From NCBI GenBank assembly GCA_038882955.1, contig JAVZNC010000004.1, positions 96,001 to 160,000 of the forward strand: DNA of 64,000 bases. Direction: 5' to 3'. The DNA is from Candidatus Bathyarchaeia archaeon. GTDB taxonomy: Archaea; Thermoproteota; Bathyarchaeia; Bathyarchaeales; Bathycorpusculaceae. The notes beneath the pieces were generated by a model, which did no database searches, was not told the origin of the DNA, and saw only the letters and a list, made by a program, of their open reading frames with translations. Every line of letters begins with the position of its first letter. Position 1 is the stretch's first letter. The translations under genes and the position numbers were made by a program. Of this stretch, positions 58,672-64,000 are shown one piece after another.

Positions 58672-60012
58672 TTGAAAACTTTTAAATCAACAAAAAATAA
58701 AATAAGCTCACCATTCGGAGGACACGTTTTGAACGCTGTTAGGGAAAAACTTGAAATTAAAGAAGGAAATCTGAAGGAAATCAACGACTTTCTCCTAAAA
58801 AAAGACAATCCCTTGGTTAGTAGACTACTAGAAATTGTCGATAAATATGACGGCGTAAGCAAGATTAACCGCAAGGCTAGAGAGTCTGGAAAGCTTGAAA
58901 ATCTCATGGCGAGGCTTGAAAGGAAGAAGTCGCCTTTTGTAAAGGATTTGGAGTGGCTTATGAAGCAACGCGACAAAGAAGCATTCATCAGCATACCAGA
59001 GTACCGTAGAAAAATCTTGGGGAGAAAGGCTGATTCCATGCGTTTTGACGATTCGTTTGCTGTTACTCTTGAAATTAGCGCGTGCAACTTTTTCCCATGG
59101 ATAATTGAGGAGGCAAAGCAATCCATAAAGAAAAGCGAACTGATGCCCGCACGTTATATCCGCGTCAGAAACATGAAGGAGCAAGTTGAAGACAATGACA
59201 TATTAGCCTTCGCTGCTGCCATGCAAATCATGGGCGCGTCTTATGTTCAGACTTTGGATACGAAGGGAACCATGCCCGGACCGGACGGCAATCCCATAAA
59301 TGTGCATTTGGGTGGACCAGAAACCATAACTGGATATTTTGGCGGTATAGGCATGCCTAACGAATACGCCTTAAAATGGGTTGACGAGTACCTACATTAT
59401 CACACGGAGTACGGCGTCAAACAAGTTTTGAACTTTAACGCTGGAACTATAATGCTTGGTTATCTGCTTTACAAGCTTGGAATAGACATTGAATTCAAAA
59501 TTTCAGTATACGCTGGAAACGACAACCCCTACTTTATCTTATGGACGTTGATGACCGCCAAACTTTTAAGCCGCGAAGACGGCACAACACCGCTTATAGG
59601 CTTTAACTTGTCAAACTCAGTGAACAACAAGACAATTGAACTTGCAGCCTACATAAGGAAGGCGTTTGGCTTCGAAGACATCGTGCGCATAGAACATCAC
59701 ATCGTGGAAACGCAAAAGAGCATTGTTAGGCAGCCCTACGATAGGCTAAATGAACTTTTGGAATTGGCAGACCACGTAAAAAACATAAGCGCCAAACACG
59801 AGGGTGGAATCCCAGAAATTGACAAGAACAGAGAGCATCCATCAGACATACTTGACTACTTTATGCCGAAAAAAGAAATAATGGCGCAAGGGCTTATGCC
59901 GAAACTGCTGCAAAACTACATGGACAAGCACGATGCAGTAAACAGAACAGCTAAAGCACTGACGGAACGCGGACTAACGTTCATTGCAGCCCCAAACCTG
60001 CACAAAAAATGA
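58672..60012 (+). CDS. Conserved hypothetical soluble protein
   Basis: 446-aa ORF with enzyme-like composition; no family recognised. Confidence 0.7.
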   Translation: MKTFKSTKNKISSPFGGHVLNAVREKLEIKEGNLKEINDFLLKKDNPLVSRLLEIVDKYDGVSKINRKARESGKLENLMARLERKKSPFVKDLEWLMKQRDKEAFISIPEYRRKILGRKADSMRFDDSFAVTLEISACNFFPWIIEEAKQSIKKSELMPARYIRVRNMKEQVEDNDILAFAAAMQIMGASYVQTLDTKGTMPGPDGNPINVHLGGPETITGYFGGIGMPNEYALKWVDEYLHYHTEYGVKQVLNFNAGTIMLGYLLYKLGIDIEFKISVYAGNDNPYFILWTLMTAKLLSREDGTTPLIGFNLSNSVNNKTIELAAYIRKAFGFEDIVRIEHHIVETQKSIVRQPYDRLNELLELADHVKNISAKHEGGIPEIDKNREHPSDILDYFMPKKEIMAQGLMPKLLQNYMDKHDAVNRTAKALTERGLTFIAAPNLHKK

Positions 60013-60030
60013 AAGTGGAAAGTGCTTGGG

Positions 60031-60795
60031 TCACCACTGTTCTTTGGGTTTGCGGAAGAGTAGGTAAACCGTTGACACAAAGAGAATAGCTGTTATCACA
60101 CCTAAAATGACTGAAACGCTGCGTAAGTTCTCTAGTTCGCTTGCGCTTCCCTTGAGTGCATCATATTTTTGTACGTAATCCCAGTAAGTTTGGTTCAATT
60201 GTTCAATATTTTCTTTGGACAGTGACATGTTAAAGCTTTCAAAGAACGTCGCGTTTAGACTTGCAAGCTGCTCTTCTATGCTTTTAAGATAAGTATTTTC
60301 AACATAGGTCATGTCAAAGCTAACCTTCAGATTTTCATAAGGCATTATCGTTATTATTATAGGCGTGCCCGGCTGCTCATAAGTGACGTTATATGTCAAT
60401 GTAATTTCCCCTTGAGTTATACCCCAGACGTTTTCAGGTATCGCGAAAGGCGGAAGAACGCAATTGTATTCGTTAACTAATGATATGTTGCCATCAGTCA
60501 AGCTAACAATGAGAATCTTTTCTTTACCATAAACGAAACCAAAAACGCTTACATTGAGGTACCCTATATACACGTCTTTTGGACCGAGTGCTTTGGATAG
60601 GCTCAAAGTTAGTGAAACATTCTGACCAGGCACTGCTTCTGCAGTTGCATTTATTTCAATGTTTATTCCAGGGAGATTTAGAAGTTTTGTTATGGTTTCA
60701 TTTTGTGCTTCTGTTCTTGCGAGTGGTAAGCTGGCAATGGAAAGACAGCATATTAGGATTATCAATTTAAGTTTTTTCAATTTTTCACCTTCCAA
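60031..60795 (-). CDS. Membrane-anchored secreted protein with coiled-coil stalk
   Basis: Signal peptide, N-glycosylation sequons, C-terminal TM. Confidence 0.7.
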   Translation of the reverse strand: MEGEKLKKLKLIILICCLSIASLPLARTEAQNETITKLLNLPGINIEINATAEAVPGQNVSLTLSLSKALGPKDVYIGYLNVSVFGFVYGKEKILIVSLTDGNISLVNEYNCVLPPFAIPENVWGITQGEITLTYNVTYEQPGTPIIITIMPYENLKVSFDMTYVENTYLKSIEEQLASLNATFFESFNMSLSKENIEQLNQTYWDYVQKYDALKGSASELENLRSVSVILGVITAILFVSTVYLLFRKPKEQW

Positions 60796-60869
60796 TAACG
60801 AGATGGTGATTTAGATTCAAAGTTTATTTAACAATTTCTCACGGTTCAGAAGCCAGAAAGGCTAATGGG

Positions 60870-61109
60870 CTATTTCAATGAGCGGATAAAACGCTGATAA
60901 ATATATATGAAGTAGATGAAGGCAAAAGCTGTCAAAACTATTTCAGTGAACAGTATCGCCGGGTTGTTTTCGATAGCCATAAAATATCCGTGTTGGAGTA
61001 TATCAGCGAAAACTAGAATTTGGAGGAATATGGCGCCCCCTAAGCAGCTTAAGCCCAAAATGTGGAACAGCGTACGCATTCTGCGGTCAAGCTTTGGTTC
61101 GGCCTTCAT
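60870..61109 (-). CDS. Small two-TM protein
   Basis: Hydrophobic helices. Confidence 0.6.
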   Translation of the reverse strand: MKAEPKLDRRMRTLFHILGLSCLGGAIFLQILVFADILQHGYFMAIENNPAILFTEIVLTAFAFIYFIYIYQRFIRSLK

Positions 61110-61277
61110 ACTTTATCGTGAATAACAAGAAACCATACTTTGACTTATAGGTTATGAATCCCCACACACTACAAAGCCTTATGATTAAAACTTTTAATTA
61201 AAACTTAACATCCCACAAGCAAAAATCTAGAGATGGTACTCAATTTAGCAGTTCAAACACAGTTAAAATTGACTGGG

Positions 61278-62192
61278 CTAGGCTTCTGTCAGCTTGTCAA
61301 TGGCTTCTTTGATGGTTGCAACGGACATTTCGAAGCGTTTTTTTGTTTCTGGCTGCAGTTCAAGTTCCAAAATCTTTTCAACTCCGTTTCTGCCGAGGAC
61401 AACTGGGACGCCTATTGCTACGTCTGAAAAGCCATACTCGCCTTGCAGGTAGGTTGATACGCCCATTACGCGGTTTCTTCCTCTCATAACGGCATCAGCC
61501 ATCACAGCGATTACGGCTGCTGGCGCGTAGATTGTTGCGCCTTTAAGCCTTATAACATCCGAGCCAGAGCTTACAGTTAAATTAACTATTTTCTCGATTT
61601 GCTCTTTGCTTAGTAAACGCGTTATTGGTATGCCAGAAACAGAAGCGTACTCCACAAGCGGAACCATCGAATCGCCATGTTCACCTATGACAAGCGCGCG
61701 TATATCCTCCCTCGAAACGTTAAGTTCAGAAGCAATGTAAGACCTAAAACGTAAAGTGTCCAGTATGTTGCCCATGCCGAAAACGCGGTTCCGCTCAAAC
61801 CCAGACTCCTTGTAGGCAACATAGGTCATCACATCAACTGGGTTCGTAACCATCATAATTTTACAGTCGGGCGCATATTTCGCGATTTCCTTCACTATTG
61901 ACCTCACTATTTTCGCATTTTTATTCATCAAATCAATCCGCGACATCCCAGGCTTTCTCGCCTCACCAGCCGCCACGATAACAAGTTCAGAATCGCGCAT
62001 CTCGCTGTAGTTGCTTGTCCCCTTTATTTTTCCGTCAAACTCTATTGCTGGTGCCGCTTGCATCATGTCTAGGGCTTCGCCTTTCGCTAGGTTCTCGTAA
62101 ACATCTATCAAAACAACATCGCCTATTCGGTATCTCAAAATGTTGAAGGCTGCGGCGCTTCCAACGCGTCCAGCGCCAATTATGGTTATCAT
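61278..62192 (-). CDS. mdh: Malate dehydrogenase (LDH-like)
   Basis: GAGRVG, RKPGMSR, NPVD, LDTLR and GEHG motifs. Confidence 0.93.
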   Translation of the reverse strand: MITIIGAGRVGSAAAFNILRYRIGDVVLIDVYENLAKGEALDMMQAAPAIEFDGKIKGTSNYSEMRDSELVIVAAGEARKPGMSRIDLMNKNAKIVRSIVKEIAKYAPDCKIMMVTNPVDVMTYVAYKESGFERNRVFGMGNILDTLRFRSYIASELNVSREDIRALVIGEHGDSMVPLVEYASVSGIPITRLLSKEQIEKIVNLTVSSGSDVIRLKGATIYAPAAVIAVMADAVMRGRNRVMGVSTYLQGEYGFSDVAIGVPVVLGRNGVEKILELELQPETKKRFEMSVATIKEAIDKLTEA

Positions 62193-62230
62193 AGGTTAGA
62201 ATAGGCGGCATCAGCCAAAAATAGGTTTTG

Positions 62231-63568
62231 TTAGATTTCGTATTCCCTTTCTTTTTCAGCCATTAGTACTTTGCCTTTCAAATCTCTTATGAAGTTGGCG
62301 AAGAGGTTTGGCTTTTCCGTGTGCACGGGAAAGACTTGTTTTGCGCCTATTTCTTTTAGGATGTTCTTTAGTTGTATTGGCATTATGTGTCCAGAAACAT
62401 GCGCGTGATACTGCGGCAAACCATAATGCTCAAGCCAGTTAACAAGCCTCTCATAGTCTATCTCCATCTCCTCGTTGAAAGGCTCAGAAGCGGAAAGCAC
62501 ATAACAGCTTCCAGCCTCTGGCTTAATCTCAACAAGCTCCTCCAAGTCGTAGAAGGATAAAGCCAAAACAATTTTGCACTGCTGCTTCGAAACTTCGGAT
62601 GCACTCTTAACCTTGTCTGGATAACTTTCAATCAGCGCGTTTTCCCACTTGTCTCGCACACGCTTCGATTTTCGAAAAACCAAAATGCCATCATCACTCA
62701 AACACGGAATCTCCAAATGCTTGTCCTCGCGCAACGCCTCCATCAAGTAGGCTTGTTTAAGTGAAACGGCGAGACAACGCCCATTATTCTTGGCGGCGCA
62801 GTAAAGCGAATTGAGCCTATCAACATCTGTAGAAGCAAAATCAACAAGCACGATGCCGCTTGCATGTCCGACAATCTCATTCAACTTGCCTTTAACCTCT
62901 GCTTCAGAAGAAACATGCGCCCCAGTCATGTTCGTGGCTTCAGTGATAACCGCTTCGGGCTCTGCTTCAACAGCTTTTTCAACAAAGTCCCTTGTCATCT
63001 CGTGCTTGGCGCCATGCGTTCTGAAATCGCCAGTGTAGGCTATGCTGCCGCTGGAAGTGTGGATTATGAAGCCGTAAGCCCCTGGAACAGAGTGGTCAAC
63101 GTGAACTGGCTCAACTTCTAGGTTATCCACTCGGATTTTCTTTCCAGTTCTAAAGGTTTGAAATTCTATGCCCTCAACGTTAAATTCCAAGTCTGCCCTA
63201 CGTATTTCGCCCAGCGCTTGCAAAATGATTTTCATTGTTTCACCGCAGTAAACTGGAATTTCACGTTTTATAAATGACAAGTAAGCAGAATGGTCCATGT
63301 GCGCATGCGAAATGAAAACGGCGTCAATTGCACACGGTTCTTCATCAAACTTGTATACGCCCTTTATTTTTGGTAATATACCAAGCTCCTGTAGACTTTT
63401 TTCGCTTCTAGGCGACAGGAAAGGCGGCGAATAAAACCGCCTTCTAGCGGCGTATGACAAGCCAAAATCGAAGAGCACTCTGATTTCTCTGTCTTGGATT
63501 AGGATTTTGTTTCCGCCGATTTCGTTTACTCCACCGTAAAAGGTTATTGTGGTTTTTGGCTTAACCAT
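62231..63568 (-). CDS. MBL/beta-CASP hydrolase (RNase J-like)
   Basis: GGVNEIGGN, SHAHMDH, DHS, GDF, HVSGH and PVH motifs. Confidence 0.88.
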   Translation of the reverse strand: MVKPKTTITFYGGVNEIGGNKILIQDREIRVLFDFGLSYAARRRFYSPPFLSPRSEKSLQELGILPKIKGVYKFDEEPCAIDAVFISHAHMDHSAYLSFIKREIPVYCGETMKIILQALGEIRRADLEFNVEGIEFQTFRTGKKIRVDNLEVEPVHVDHSVPGAYGFIIHTSSGSIAYTGDFRTHGAKHEMTRDFVEKAVEAEPEAVITEATNMTGAHVSSEAEVKGKLNEIVGHASGIVLVDFASTDVDRLNSLYCAAKNNGRCLAVSLKQAYLMEALREDKHLEIPCLSDDGILVFRKSKRVRDKWENALIESYPDKVKSASEVSKQQCKIVLALSFYDLEELVEIKPEAGSCYVLSASEPFNEEMEIDYERLVNWLEHYGLPQYHAHVSGHIMPIQLKNILKEIGAKQVFPVHTEKPNLFANFIRDLKGKVLMAEKEREYEI

Positions 63569-64000
63569 GCTGTTCCCTCATTTTATCCGCCCTTTTGCAA
63601 GCGTTTGATATTATGAGCATTATATGTGGAAGGGTGAAGACGCTGAAAACTTTTGTGTATTTTGGATTTCCCGCCTTCTTGACCGTTTCTGGGCTTCCTC
63701 CAGCTTTCAAGTAGCCTTCGATAAAAGATTTGGCGATATGCTCCGCTAGACTACTTTTTGAGAAGGGCGAAAAATAATGTCCAGCATAGTAGAGGAACTC
63801 GGCTATGTCCCATGTCTTATCGCCCTTTCTTGATGCTTGTTCAAAATCTAATAGATAAATTTGGTTGTCCTTGCCTATTATGATGTTTTCTGGTTTTGTA
63901 TCGCCCAAGGAGACATCAAGCGCGTGAACTTCAGCAAATTTTTCTCCCACTTTCCGTATAATGTCAAGTTCATCTTTAACCTCGTCAGCAGCCCTTGCCT
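63561..64000 (-). CDS. Protein-kinase-like domain, C-terminal part (gene starts beyond the window)
   Basis: H...GDTKPEN, LDFE and WD motifs. Confidence 0.7.
   Translation of the reverse strand, partial: ARAADEVKDELDIIRKVGEKFAEVHALDVSLGDTKPENIIIGKDNQIYLLDFEQASRKGDKTWDIAEFLYYAGHYFSPFSKSSLAEHIAKSFIEGYLKAGGSPETVKKAGNPKYTKVFSVFTLPHIMLIISNACKRADKMREQHG

Noticed and set aside
173-63121. Numerous short ORFs antisense to or within long genes in the supplied track
   Set aside because: Shadow ORFs without motifs or initiation signals.
1-64000. CRISPR array or rRNA genes
   Set aside because: No regularly spaced 24-40 bp repeats or rRNA-like sequence were seen.

Overview
Archaeal chromosomal DNA, most likely Bathyarchaeia/Thermoproteota (inferred from aIF-1A/RIO1/Dim2, aIF-2beta, L35Ae, a crenarchaeal-type SSB, LonB and H4MPT-linked genes). 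Most of the window is housekeeping and metabolic genes: pyrG, malic enzyme, gcvPA/PB, feoAB, lonB, a hemL-like gene, AOR, trmI and mdh. The main exception is an ~8.4-kb integrated element (22081-30502) bounded by a 20-bp direct repeat that duplicates the 5' end of an intron-containing tRNA-His(GTG) gene. It encodes two tyrosine recombinases, several small regulators and a 1183-aa protein. That protein has a complete family-B DNA polymerase at its N-terminus and, at its C-terminus, the RxDxAxD / YD(K/R) / RxE motif set of Rep_trans (pT181-type) rolling-circle initiators. No cas1, terminal inverted repeats, capsid, helicase or primase is recognisable, so it is a candidate new type of self-synthesising, nick-primed integrative element. 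Other notable items are a DapA-family aldolase fused to formaldehyde-activating enzyme, two unannotated box C/D guide RNAs with predictable targets, a ParB-ASCH fusion, and a ParA/HTH pair with phased upstream repeats. All calls come from reading motifs by eye; no database searches were run.
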